IMG/VR virus record: IMGVR_UViG_3300018080_000131
Coordinates: 37,075 to 101,074 of that record
Reading direction: 5' to 3' (one strand)
From: a virus
Length of the DNA: 64,000 nucleotides
Each line of letters opens with the position of its first letter. Position 1 is the stretch's first letter. This document shows positions 39,833 through 50,014 of this stretch, one piece after another. The translations under genes and the position numbers were made by a program. Below the pieces are notes generated by a model, which did no database searches, was not told the origin of the DNA, and worked only from the letters and a program-made list of their open reading frames with translations.

Positions 39833-40059
39833 ATGTATTAACAGGTTTTGGAAAATGGTTGTGTTCAACTAAGTTCCAGATTGCTATTATTGTTATTGGT
39901 TTGATATATCTACAGCAGGAGCTTTATGGTTTAAGTCCTGAAGTTGTAGCAGATTCTCTTGTGAAACTTTCATTAGCTTATTTTGGAGCTAGGATTGCAG
40001 AACCATTTGTTGAATATGTAGTTAAGAAGGTTGAGGAGAAGAAAAATGCCAATTCCTAA
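39829..40059 (+). CDS. putative holin
   Basis: 76 aa, two hydrophobic segments, STKF motif, charged C-terminus. Confidence 0.5.
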   Translation: MNVLTGFGKWLCSTKFQIAIIVIGLIYLQQELYGLSPEVVADSLVKLSLAYFGARIAEPFVEYVVKKVEEKKNANS

Positions 40060-40939
40060 ACCAAATTCAGAAGAAGAGAAAAAAGATTTCATTTCTAGAT
40101 GTATGGGAAATGAAACCATGAAGAGTGAATATAAAGATAATAAACAGAGACTTGCTGTTTGTTATTCTCAATGGAAAAAAAGGAATGAAGAGGTTAGAAT
40201 GGATTTAAGAAGAAAGTTAGAAAGAAGGATTCTAGGAAAGAAGGATACAAAGATTAAGATTAAAGAACAGGAAGCTAGTACTAAAAGTTGGGCTTCTGTT
40301 AATAAGTCTAAACTTCCTGCTTCATGTTTTTTGTGGGTTAAAGACCCAAACAAAAAAAGTACATGGAAACTTCCTTATAGGGAAGGTGCTGGAAGTATAG
40401 ACTCAAAAACTGGAATGTATAAAGAGGCTGGTCCAGTTAATGTTAATGCTATTAGAGCTATTATGAGTGCTTTGGCTGGTGCTAGAACTGGTGATAAGAT
40501 GAGTGTTCCAGCAGAGATTAAAAAGAAGGCTGAGGCTTTAGCAAAGAAATATAAGATTGGGAAATATAAAGAAAATATGTTTAGTATGAGGAATATGATT
40601 GTTGCTGAAGTTTTTATGTCTTTGAGAGATGCTATTCATAAAGCTGTTGTTGATAGATTTGGTAGTCATTCTTATGTTGCTGATTATTCCAATAAAGAAG
40701 TTATAATTGGTTATACTGCTACTTCTCCTGATGGTGAAGTTCCAGTTACTACTGATGATAAGTTTGATAAAATATCTTATAAAGTTAAAAATGGAGAAAT
40801 TGAATTTACTGGTACACCAAAAGAGGTGAAAAGAGTTACCAGATATGAAAGCAGATTGAGTGCTGAAGACCTACAGGAATTAGTTGGGTTTGAGTATGAG
40901 GTTAGGAAATTTGCTGAAGCATATGAGGAGAGTAAATAA
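40046..40939 (+). CDS. head-associated protein
   Basis: MPIPKP..E.KKDFISRCM..QR.AVC and KLPY..G..N..A motifs common upstream of prohead proteases. Confidence 0.55.
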   Translation: MPIPKPNSEEEKKDFISRCMGNETMKSEYKDNKQRLAVCYSQWKKRNEEVRMDLRRKLERRILGKKDTKIKIKEQEASTKSWASVNKSKLPASCFLWVKDPNKKSTWKLPYREGAGSIDSKTGMYKEAGPVNVNAIRAIMSALAGARTGDKMSVPAEIKKKAEALAKKYKIGKYKENMFSMRNMIVAEVFMSLRDAIHKAVVDRFGSHSYVADYSNKEVIIGYTATSPDGEVPVTTDDKFDKISYKVKNGEIEFTGTPKEVKRVTRYESRLSAEDLQELVGFEYEVRKFAEAYEESK

Positions 40940-42348
40940 TGAAATTATATCCTATTCTTGAATATACAATTGGTGAATGTACAGTACTTGGTGAAACTAT
41001 TGTTGATGAAAAATCTAATGATAAAACTATGAGAGTTGAGGTTGTTTGGCAGGTTGCTGATAAAATAAACACTAATGGTAGGTTATATCCAAGGACAATT
41101 CTTGAGAAAAATATTGGTGAAATAAATAATAGAATTAAAGAAAAGAAAACTGTCTATGGTTCTTCATTTCATCCCAGAGATGGGATTGGTGATGCTCATG
41201 ATGTTACACACATTTGGGAATCAGTTGAAATGAATGAGGATGGTATTTGTACTGGAATTTTGAAGGTGCTTCCTACTTCTAAAGGTAAAGAAATTCAAAC
41301 AATATTAAGAGAAGGTGGTTATATTGGTATCAGTTCTAGAGGATTTGGTACTACCACAAAAATAGAGAAGGAAGTTGAAGGTAAGAAAATATCTTATCTT
41401 CAGATAAATGAGGATTTTAAACTACAAAGTCCTGGTGATTTTGTACTTGCTCCTTCTGTCAGTGAGGCAGGGGTTAGGGCAGTTTTAGAGTCCTTGAATA
41501 AAATGGAGCTTCAGTTAAAAGCTGAAGACTCTGAAGAGAATAAAGAAGAGGTAAAATTGGAAAAGAAAGATAAGAAAGAAGAGGAAACTAAAGTGGAATC
41601 TAAAGAGGAAGCCAAGGAAGAAACCAAGGTTGAATCTAAAGAGGAAACTAAAGTGGAATCTGAAGAGCTTGATGCTCTTAAAGAAAAGATTTCTGATTTA
41701 GAGAAAGCTGTTGAAGAGAAGGATGCTTCTCTTAAAGAGAAAGATGAAGAGATTGAGAGAATGAAGGCTGAGCTTGCTAAGTTTGAAGCTTTTGCTGAAA
41801 AGCTTGGTAAGGATGTTCTTGATATACTTCCTGAAAGTGAAAAAGAAGAGGAAGAGGTTGAAGAAGAAGTTGAGGAGTCTGAGGTTGATAAGCTGAAGAA
41901 AGAGAATGAGGATTTGAAAACTAAAGTGGAAGAGTTTGAATCTGAAAAGAAAGCTAAAGCTGAAGCTGAAAAGAAAGCTAAAGCTGAAGCTGAGCTTCAG
42001 GAAAAACTCAAAGCTAAAGTTGATGAGACTCTTAAAGATGAGAAGTATAAAGTTTATGAGTCAGTGATTAGAGATAGAATTACTAAAGATGAAAAAATTA
42101 CTATTGAATCAGAAGATGCTGTTGAATCAGAAATAGAAAAACTCCATGCTGAAATTTCTGAAATTGCTGTCAAAGCTAAAAATGCTGAGATTGGCAAAAC
42201 AGGAATAGAAGAGATTGGAAAAATTGAAAATCCAGAGGGTGAAGAAAAATCAGCTTCTGAGAAAAATCTAAAGGAACAGTATAATGAGGCTGTTTCTGCT
42301 GGGTTTAGGGGTAGTTTTGAGAAGTTCAAAACTATTCAGAAAAAATAA
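40939..42348 (+). CDS. prohead protease (T4 gp21/U9-like) fused to scaffold
   Basis: AD..N.NGR.YP, HP, TH, GISSRG.G, DFV..PS; acidic coiled-coil C-terminus. Confidence 0.88.
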   Translation: MKLYPILEYTIGECTVLGETIVDEKSNDKTMRVEVVWQVADKINTNGRLYPRTILEKNIGEINNRIKEKKTVYGSSFHPRDGIGDAHDVTHIWESVEMNEDGICTGILKVLPTSKGKEIQTILREGGYIGISSRGFGTTTKIEKEVEGKKISYLQINEDFKLQSPGDFVLAPSVSEAGVRAVLESLNKMELQLKAEDSEENKEEVKLEKKDKKEEETKVESKEEAKEETKVESKEETKVESEELDALKEKISDLEKAVEEKDASLKEKDEEIERMKAELAKFEAFAEKLGKDVLDILPESEKEEEEVEEEVEESEVDKLKKENEDLKTKVEEFESEKKAKAEAEKKAKAEAELQEKLKAKVDETLKDEKYKVYESVIRDRITKDEKITIESEDAVESEIEKLHAEISEIAVKAKNAEIGKTGIEEIGKIENPEGEEKSASEKNLKEQYNEAVSAGFRGSFEKFKTIQKK

Positions 42349-42360
42349 TAGAGGTAAAAA

Positions 42361-43578
42361 GTGTTAAGTAAAAAAGTAAATAAGTTTTTGCAAGAGCAGA
42401 AAAAGAGAATGATTGCTCTTGATGAAGCAGAACTTCCTGTTGATGATGGTTTTAGAGCTAATGTGATGAGAGATGAGAATGGAAGAAGGGCTAGTGTTAA
42501 TGAAGTTATTTATCAGAATATGATTGATTGGCTTAATTCTCCTCAGGCTGAAGCAATCCTTTGGAAAGAGAGAGAAGTGCTTGAAAGTGCTATTTCTGAA
42601 GATACTCTTTCTACTAGTGTCCCTACTTTCACTACTGCTTCTCTTCCTTTGGTGAGAAGGATTTATAACAAGCTTGATGCTGTTGATTTGGTTTCTGTGC
42701 AACCTTTGAGTGGTCCTACTGGTTATATCTTTTATCTTGATAAGAAATATACTAGTACTACTGGTGAGGTAACTGCATTACAGAGAACTGACCAGCAAAA
42801 GCCTAGAAGGTATATGAATTCTAGTGAGCAGGGTACTATTAGAGAATTGCAGATGGGTATTACCAGATTGCTGATTGAGTCTGATATTTATAAATTGAAG
42901 GCTGATTGGACAATTGAGGCTGAACAGGACTATAAATCTCAGTATAAACTTGATGTTGAAGGCGAGATGGTTTCTGAGCTTGCTGATGAGGTTACCAGAG
43001 AGCTTAATAGGAAAATCCTATATGCTCTTAGAAATGGTATTGCTCATACTGTAACTTATAATCCTACTGGGTATCTTACAGGAGATACAGATTCAACTTC
43101 TAGGTTGGATTATAGAAAGTATGGATTGTTTGGTGCTTTGTATGATGCTCAGGCTTGGATTCTTGAGAATAAGGTCAAAGATGAAACTGCTGTTGATTGG
43201 TGGGTTATAATGAGACCTACTGAGTGGGCTAGATTTAGAAAAATTGGTATGCATGATATGTCAGTTCTTTCTAATGATAGAACTGCTGAAGTTCAGGGTA
43301 GGCATGTTGGCACTATTGATGGAATGTTCAAGGTCTATGTGTCTAATGAGATGAAGAAGAATCAGATGTTGATGGGAATCAAGAAGGGTTGGAAATATGC
43401 TGTTGGTTATTATGCTCCTTATGTTCCTCTTTTTGTGTCTGAGAAATACATCATAAATGATGATTTTACTCAGTTTGCAAGAGGAGTTATGACAAGGTTT
43501 GCCCATGGGGTAATTCCTGAAACTTCTACTGGTTCTACCAACAATGGTCTTGTTCTTATTGATGTAACTTCAAGCTAA
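42361..43578 (+). CDS. major capsid protein (T4 gp23-like)
   Basis: PLVRR, SVQPLSGPTG.IFYL, KLKA.WT.E.EQD, YAPYVPL, RGVMTRF. Confidence 0.92.
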   Translation: MLSKKVNKFLQEQKKRMIALDEAELPVDDGFRANVMRDENGRRASVNEVIYQNMIDWLNSPQAEAILWKEREVLESAISEDTLSTSVPTFTTASLPLVRRIYNKLDAVDLVSVQPLSGPTGYIFYLDKKYTSTTGEVTALQRTDQQKPRRYMNSSEQGTIRELQMGITRLLIESDIYKLKADWTIEAEQDYKSQYKLDVEGEMVSELADEVTRELNRKILYALRNGIAHTVTYNPTGYLTGDTDSTSRLDYRKYGLFGALYDAQAWILENKVKDETAVDWWVIMRPTEWARFRKIGMHDMSVLSNDRTAEVQGRHVGTIDGMFKVYVSNEMKKNQMLMGIKKGWKYAVGYYAPYVPLFVSEKYIINDDFTQFARGVMTRFAHGVIPETSTGSTNNGLVLIDVTSS

Positions 43579-43596
43579 TAGTTGATATAGAGGCTG

Positions 43597-43623
43597 GAGA
43601 GAGGATGCTTGTCATCCTCTCTC
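43597..43623 (+). terminator. stem-loop after capsid gene (weak terminator or mRNA stabiliser)
   Basis: GAGAGAGGATG-cttgt-CATCCTCTCTC 11 bp stem; no U-tract. Confidence 0.5.
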
Positions 43624-43633
43624 ATCCAAAATT

Positions 43634-43693
43634 GATGGGAAAAATTAAATGCCATGTATCAGAAATGATTAAGATTTGCTTATTTTTCTCATC
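43634..43693 (+). other. intergenic stem-loop with TATCAGAAATGATTA core, copy B
   Basis: Outer stem GATGGGAAAAAT/ATTTTTCTCATC; core shared with 39095-39109. Confidence 0.55.
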
Positions 43694-43704
43694 TCCAAAC
43701 TAAA

Positions 43705-44748
43705 ATGAAACTTTTTAATATTGCTGTCAATAAATCAAAATGTAGTCAGGGATTCTCTGATAATTTTGGTGAATCTGTTTCAGTATATCCTAATTGGGGT
43801 GTTGATGTTTCCTTTACAAGAGGGAAACCAATTGCTATAAAAGAGATAGGAAGTTTTGTAAATTTTCTTAGGAAAAGGGATATTAAGGAATTTTCAATAA
43901 AGAGAAGTTTTGCTCTTGGTGATGTTTTAATGTTATGTCCAGTTTATCATTATTTAAAGGATATTGGATTTGAACCAAGGTTATTTATAAAAGATAAGTA
44001 TGCTGGTCTTATGAGATTGCTTGGGACAAATGCTTATTCTATTGATGATATGGATAGTATTATTGATAATCCTGGTTATGGAATTATTCTTGATGGTACT
44101 TTAGAGCTTGACCATGTAAGAAAGAATTTGCAAAAATTTAGCAGAGTTCAATTATATTTTTCTGCTTTGGGAATTTATGATTTCCCAGAAGAAGTCAGGT
44201 GGGATTGTGATTTGAGTAAGTTTCCAGAAATTGAGACTAAATTTGATGATTATGTGGTATTTCAAAGTAAGGGTTCAACAGGTGCAAAAACTCTTCCAAA
44301 TGATACTTCAATTCATATTGTCAAAAGATTAAATGAAGAAGGAATAAATGTAGTTTATATAGGGGACAAAAGAGGTGGAATGGGCAAACAGGTTGATATG
44401 GAGAAGACAGATTTAGCTCATTTCAGGTATAGTGCTAAAGGGTTGTTTTCTCTTATTGGGAAAGCTAAGTGTGTGATAAGTATGGATTCTGCTCCATTAT
44501 GGATTAGTCATTTCACAAAGACTCCATTAATGACTATACTTGGTCCAACAAGTTCAAAGGTAAGATTAAACCACCATCCATTAAATCCTGATGGTGTTGA
44601 GTATTTGCAGTTGAATGAAAGGATAGATTGTGATTGTTGTTTTGAAAAGGCTAAAGCTTGTAATTGGAATTATACTTGTTTAAAGTTAGATAAAGAAAGG
44701 TTATTTAAAATGATTTATGAAAAGATAAAGAGGTTTTGGAATGATTAA
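43705..44748 (+). CDS. GT9 (heptosyltransferase-like) glycosyltransferase
   Basis: ALGDVLM, ISMDSAP.WIS, ILGPT, C-terminal Cys cluster. Confidence 0.85.
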   Translation: MKLFNIAVNKSKCSQGFSDNFGESVSVYPNWGVDVSFTRGKPIAIKEIGSFVNFLRKRDIKEFSIKRSFALGDVLMLCPVYHYLKDIGFEPRLFIKDKYAGLMRLLGTNAYSIDDMDSIIDNPGYGIILDGTLELDHVRKNLQKFSRVQLYFSALGIYDFPEEVRWDCDLSKFPEIETKFDDYVVFQSKGSTGAKTLPNDTSIHIVKRLNEEGINVVYIGDKRGGMGKQVDMEKTDLAHFRYSAKGLFSLIGKAKCVISMDSAPLWISHFTKTPLMTILGPTSSKVRLNHHPLNPDGVEYLQLNERIDCDCCFEKAKACNWNYTCLKLDKERLFKMIYEKIKRFWND

Positions 44749-47584
44749 ATTATTAGAACATATGCTTAAAGTTGATGGTAAGCAAATTGACCCAAAAATG
44801 AAATGCACTATTAGTTTTTATGATAGAAAGGAAGAACCAAGAATTTTTAAACCAGGAGAGTATGTAACATTGAAAGATATTAAAAACTTTAGAATACCAG
44901 ATAAATATCTTGTTAATCCTGAGTGTATGAGGCTTAAAGGAGCTTTTAAATTTGCTCATAAACATAAAGGAACTTTTACAGTTGGAATCTTGAGGAATCA
45001 TAGAGGTGCTGGAGATGTTATTATTGCTTCAGTTATTGCAAAGGCTTTAAAATTTGTTTATAAAGATAAAGCACAGGTTTGGTTTTGTGTAAAATCAGAA
45101 CATGCTTGTTTGTTAGAAAATAATCCTCATATTGATAAGGTGTTTACTGATGAAAAGGAAATGATGAAAGAGAATCCAGATATTAGGGTTGATACTAATG
45201 TTATTGATTTTAGAGTTAAATTAAAAGAGTTTGAAGAGGCTGGAAAGCCATTAAAAAATAGAACTGATATTTATCTTGAGGAACTTGAGTTATATGTTGA
45301 GAATAAAACTCCTGTTTATGTAGTTACAGATGATGAGAAAAAATGGGCTAAGAATGAATTAAATAAACTTGGGTACAATTCAAAAAAAAGAATTGTTGGT
45401 TTGCAATTAGAAGGTTCTGTTAAAAGTAGAACTTATCCTTATATGAAAGAAGTTGGTGAGTTGCTTAAAAAAGAAGGTTACCAGATATTTTATCTTGATG
45501 AGAAAAGTGATGGTAAATTTAAATATGGGTTTAGAGAGATTGCTTCTCTTATGAATGAAATGTATATGATAATCACTCCTAATTCATTTATGTATCATTT
45601 AGCAGGAGCTTTAGGTAAAAGGGGTTTGGTGTTGTTTGGTTCTTGTGATGGTAATATTTGGGTTGAAGATTATGAAAAGATTCTTCCAGTAGAGATACCT
45701 TGTCCTTTTGGACAGAAAAAATGTTGGTGGAGTTTTAGGTGTCTTGAAGGTGATAGTTTGAAAGAGAAGGAGAATAAAGGTGTTCCTAAATGTTTAAGTG
45801 ATATTACTCCTGAGCAGGTTGTTGAAAACATGGAAAAACATAAAAATGTCAAGAAGGTTCTTGTGCTTGCTCTTACTTATGATTTTTTAAATCTTACTAA
45901 AGATATGGTTGATTCTGTAAGAAGTTTTCATGATTATGATATTTTTATTGTGGATAATGAGAGTAAAGATGGAACTGTTGAATGGTTAAAAAATAGAGGA
46001 ATTGATTTTGTCTCAAAAAAGACCAGTGTTGCTCAGGCTGAAAATATTGGTTTGGAAAAAGCATATGAGGGAGGCTATGATTATTGTTTAGTTTGTAATA
46101 ATGATATTATATTATCTGCTGATTATATTGATGTTTTAGTTGAAATTGCAGAAAGAAGAAAATCTTATATGACCACAGGGAAGGTTATTACTAAAGATTC
46201 TAAAGAAATGCTTGATTTTGAAAAGCTAAAAGATAAGAATATAGAACTTCCTATTCAAGTCATGGAAGCTGGTGATTATTCTGCTATTCTAATGTCAAGA
46301 GAATGTATTGAAAAGGTTGGAAAGTTTGATGAAAGGTTTGGTCCAAGGTATCAGGAAGATGAGGACCATATGTTAAGAGTTAGGCTTTCTGGTCATGATA
46401 TTATTAGAACTTACAGTACAAGTTTCCTTCATATGCTAGGGCAGGTTTGTAAAAAGAATAGAAAAGAATCTATTTATCATGAAGATAATTGGGCTAGGAA
46501 TGTTAGAAAATTTAAGAAAAAATGGGGTATTGATTTATATGCTGAAAGAAATAAGTTAAAGCATTTGAATGAGATTAAAAACAATGTTCCTAATTGGAAT
46601 GATATGATTCATATTCCTATTACAGATAAAAAGGTTAAGTTTGATATTCATAATATTACTACTCCAATTAATATAATAAAAGAGGCTATTAAGAATAATA
46701 AAAAATCTAGGGTTGCTGTTGTTAGGAGAATGGGGGGAGCAGGAGATATATTATTTATATCCATTATAGCTAAAACATTGAAGAATATTTTTGGTGCTAA
46801 GATTGAAATTGATTATGCTATTCCAAAAAATTTATTCTCTTTATTGAAATATAATAAGCATATTGATAAAGTTGTTGATTATCATGATTTTCATGGTGGT
46901 GATTATGATTTTGTATTTCATACAACAGATTATGAATATGAACAGGAAATGTTACAGGTTGAAGAAACAGGATGGATTCAGAAGGCTAGAACTGAAATGT
47001 TTGTTGAGTTAGTTGGTATTGATGCTGATTTAAAACCTGATTTTGATTTAACAAATGATGAGATAAAGTGGGGTAAGAAACAATGGGAATTTGCTGGTGA
47101 TAAAAAGAAAATTGCTGTTTCTATTAAAGGAAGTAATAAAATGAAAGAGTGGATAAGGTTTGATGCTTTTATAGAAATGCTTGAGAGGAAAGGTTATGCT
47201 GTTATTGTCCTTGAAAGAATGGAAGGAGAGAAATATAAATATAGCCTTAGAGAAGCAGGAGCTATTATAAATGCTAGTGATGCTGTTGTATCACCAGATA
47301 GTGCTTTTTCTAATATAGCTGGTTGTTTGGGTATTCCAGTTGTAACTATTTTTCCTAATAGGAATGGTAAGATTTTTGAAAGAATGTTTCCTAGTATGAT
47401 TGCTGTTCAAGGAGAGTGTCCACATTTTGATGATAGGAATTATTGTGATTATAAAGTTCCATGTTTTGAAGGTTCTATACAGGATTATAGAAAAAAAGAA
47501 CAGATTAAACCACCAAAATGTTTAAATGGTTTATCTCTTGGTAAGGTTTTTGAAGCATTAAGGAGAGCTTTAAATGAGGCTTGA
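44741..47584 (+). CDS. GT9-GT2-GT9 tri-domain glycosyltransferase
   Basis: Two GAGD..I/PDS-type GT9 units flanking VDNESKDGT, NNDI, FDERF..EDED GT2 motifs. Confidence 0.85.
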   Translation: MIKLLEHMLKVDGKQIDPKMKCTISFYDRKEEPRIFKPGEYVTLKDIKNFRIPDKYLVNPECMRLKGAFKFAHKHKGTFTVGILRNHRGAGDVIIASVIAKALKFVYKDKAQVWFCVKSEHACLLENNPHIDKVFTDEKEMMKENPDIRVDTNVIDFRVKLKEFEEAGKPLKNRTDIYLEELELYVENKTPVYVVTDDEKKWAKNELNKLGYNSKKRIVGLQLEGSVKSRTYPYMKEVGELLKKEGYQIFYLDEKSDGKFKYGFREIASLMNEMYMIITPNSFMYHLAGALGKRGLVLFGSCDGNIWVEDYEKILPVEIPCPFGQKKCWWSFRCLEGDSLKEKENKGVPKCLSDITPEQVVENMEKHKNVKKVLVLALTYDFLNLTKDMVDSVRSFHDYDIFIVDNESKDGTVEWLKNRGIDFVSKKTSVAQAENIGLEKAYEGGYDYCLVCNNDIILSADYIDVLVEIAERRKSYMTTGKVITKDSKEMLDFEKLKDKNIELPIQVMEAGDYSAILMSRECIEKVGKFDERFGPRYQEDEDHMLRVRLSGHDIIRTYSTSFLHMLGQVCKKNRKESIYHEDNWARNVRKFKKKWGIDLYAERNKLKHLNEIKNNVPNWNDMIHIPITDKKVKFDIHNITTPINIIKEAIKNNKKSRVAVVRRMGGAGDILFISIIAKTLKNIFGAKIEIDYAIPKNLFSLLKYNKHIDKVVDYHDFHGGDYDFVFHTTDYEYEQEMLQVEETGWIQKARTEMFVELVGIDADLKPDFDLTNDEIKWGKKQWEFAGDKKKIAVSIKGSNKMKEWIRFDAFIEMLERKGYAVIVLERMEGEKYKYSLREAGAIINASDAVVSPDSAFSNIAGCLGIPVVTIFPNRNGKIFERMFPSMIAVQGECPHFDDRNYCDYKVPCFEGSIQDYRKKEQIKPPKCLNGLSLGKVFEALRRALNEA

Positions 47585-49016
47585 GATTAAAGAAAAATTA
47601 CAGTTTCCTTCTCATGTTGATATTGAACTTACTAATGCTTGTCAGTTAAGATGTATTTTTTGTCCAAGAAAATATATGACAAGAAAAAGAGGTTTTATGG
47701 AGTGGAAGGTTTATAAAAAAATAATTGATGAGATAAATGGAAAATCTAAAACTGTTTATCTTCATCAGTTTGGTGAGTCTTTATTACATTCAGATTTAGT
47801 GGAAATGGTTAAGTATGCTAGTAAGGCTGGTTTATGGGTTTCATTAAGTACAAATGGTCTTATGCTTAATGAGAACCTTTCTAAGAGGCTTTTTAAGGCT
47901 GGTCTATCTCATATGTTTCTATCACTTGATTCTATGAATCCTGAGCTTCTAGAGAAGCTTAGAGTGGGTATTAATGGTAAAAAAGCTATAGAAAATATGG
48001 AAAATTGTATTAAGGTTAGAAAGAATATGAAAGATGTTAAAACCAAGCTTGAAGTTCAGATGATAAAAATGGATAGAAATAAAGATGAGATTGAGGAATA
48101 TAAGAAAAAATATTCTAAAATGATTGAAGGTGTTGGTAAGGTTATGATTAAACCTTATTGCATGTATGCTGGGAATGTTCCTAATTTTACTCCAAAAGAA
48201 GACAGGAAAGTTAAGAAGTTTGAGTGTACTATGTTTAATTATTCTATAACTATTCAATGGAATGGTGATATTGTTGTTTGTTGTATGGATTATGATGGAG
48301 TTACAAGGTTTGGTAATGTTAATAAAACTTCAATAGCTCAGGTTTGGGATTCACCAGAATATAAGCAGTTTAGATTAGCACACAAAAGAAAAGATTTTTC
48401 AAAACTATATCTTTGCAGAGGATGTTATTGGGCTTCAGAGTTGGTATTTGAGGATTTTCCAAAAGCTAAGAAGATGTTGGAAGAACATAATACTGTTCCA
48501 AGATTAAACAAAGATACTATTGATTATTTGAAAAAGTTTTTAAATGAAAATAAAAAGGTTTTAGAAGTTGGTTCTGGTAGTTCAACAATATGGTTAGCAA
48601 AAAGAGTAAAAAAAATTGTTTCACTTGAAGATAAAAGAACTTGGTATGAGGCTGTAAATGAAAAATTAGTAAAAGAAGGGTTGAGTAATGTTAGAGTTAT
48701 TCTTCATAGTGATTATTATAAAGATAAGATATTTTCTGAAATAATTCAAAATGAAGAGTTTGATGTTGTTCTTCTTGATGGTGCAGATTATAGAGGAGCT
48801 AGGTTGAATTGTATGAATCAGGCTATTTCTTTTGTAAAACCTGGAGGCATAATTATTGTTGATGATTCTGAAAGAATAGATTATGATGAAGGTTTGAGTT
48901 ATTTTGATAGTTATGACTGGAAGAGGATTGATTTTGAAGGAAAAGATGCTTGGGGAGATGAGAAAAAGGCTACAATTTATATAAGACCAGAAGTAGAAGT
49001 GAGGTTGCTTAAATGA
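47574..49016 (+). CDS. radical SAM/SPASM protein fused to class I SAM methyltransferase
   Basis: CQLRCIFC; C..VVCC.D..CRGC; VLEVGSG.ST, LLDG, GG.I.VDD. Confidence 0.85.
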   Translation: MRLEIKEKLQFPSHVDIELTNACQLRCIFCPRKYMTRKRGFMEWKVYKKIIDEINGKSKTVYLHQFGESLLHSDLVEMVKYASKAGLWVSLSTNGLMLNENLSKRLFKAGLSHMFLSLDSMNPELLEKLRVGINGKKAIENMENCIKVRKNMKDVKTKLEVQMIKMDRNKDEIEEYKKKYSKMIEGVGKVMIKPYCMYAGNVPNFTPKEDRKVKKFECTMFNYSITIQWNGDIVVCCMDYDGVTRFGNVNKTSIAQVWDSPEYKQFRLAHKRKDFSKLYLCRGCYWASELVFEDFPKAKKMLEEHNTVPRLNKDTIDYLKKFLNENKKVLEVGSGSSTIWLAKRVKKIVSLEDKRTWYEAVNEKLVKEGLSNVRVILHSDYYKDKIFSEIIQNEEFDVVLLDGADYRGARLNCMNQAISFVKPGGIIIVDDSERIDYDEGLSYFDSYDWKRIDFEGKDAWGDEKKATIYIRPEVEVRLLK

Positions 49017-50014
49017 AACTAAGTAATTATGATATGTCTTCTTATTTAACATTTAGATATATTATTAATCCTAGTTTAAGATTTTGTGGAACTGAAATAG
49101 AGGTTGAAACTGCTGATGATATTTATGAAGTATTTGGTGGTGTTGAGAATATTTGTAATAATTGGAGTGGAAGAGTTGGGATATTGTTAAGTGGTGGTAT
49201 TGATTCTGGTATTCTATCATATTTCTTACCAGAAGGAACTAAGGCTTTTACAGTTAATTTTAAAGCTGATAGTGATGTTAATGAAGAAGAAAGAGCAAGG
49301 GAATATGTTGAGAGAAATAAGTTAGAACATCATATAATTGAGGTTGGTTGGGAAGATTATATTAAATATGAACCTGTTTTAATGGAATTTAAACATTCTC
49401 CTCTTCATCCTATAGAGGTTGCTTTATATAAAGCTTCTTTGAAAGCTAAGGAGCTTGGTGTTGATTTATTTTTTATAGGTAATGGAGCAGATTCTAATTT
49501 TGGTGGAATGGATAAGTTGCTTTCTAGAGATTGGAGTTTTGATGAGTTTGTTGAGAGATATAGTTTTGTTAATCCTTTTGATGTTCTTAAAAATCCTGTT
49601 GATATGAATAAAATATACAGATTATATGAGAGAGATAATAAAGTTGATGTTATTAGTTTTCTTAATGAGATTCATGGAGAAGGTATTACCAGGACTTTTG
49701 AAAATGCTATATGTGGTGCTGATATTATGTTGTGTACTCCTTATGAAATGATTAAATTAAAAAATGGTATTGATATTGATAGAATTAGGAAGGGAGAACC
49801 AAAATATATATTAGTTGAGTTGTTTAAAAAATTGTATCCAGATTTAAATCCACCAGCTAAAATACCTTTTGTTAGACCTATGGAAGAGTGGTTTGAGAAT
49901 GGGTTTGAAATTAAGTCTGATATTTTTAAAAATGATTTAGATTTAAATAAGTTTTCTGGAGAGCAGAAATATTTATTATATTGTTTGGATAAATATGTCA
50001 ATAAGTATAATTAA
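49013..50014 (+). CDS. asparagine-synthetase C-terminal-like adenylating enzyme (no glutaminase domain)
   Basis: LLSGGIDS PP-loop, G.GAD..FGG, KYIL. Confidence 0.8.
   Translation: MKLSNYDMSSYLTFRYIINPSLRFCGTEIEVETADDIYEVFGGVENICNNWSGRVGILLSGGIDSGILSYFLPEGTKAFTVNFKADSDVNEEERAREYVERNKLEHHIIEVGWEDYIKYEPVLMEFKHSPLHPIEVALYKASLKAKELGVDLFFIGNGADSNFGGMDKLLSRDWSFDEFVERYSFVNPFDVLKNPVDMNKIYRLYERDNKVDVISFLNEIHGEGITRTFENAICGADIMLCTPYEMIKLKNGIDIDRIRKGEPKYILVELFKKLYPDLNPPAKIPFVRPMEEWFENGFEIKSDIFKNDLDLNKFSGEQKYLLYCLDKYVNKYN

Noticed and set aside
41575-41995. Tandem repeats (EETKVESK, EKKAKAEA)
   Set aside because: Ordinary low-complexity coding repeats in the scaffold domain
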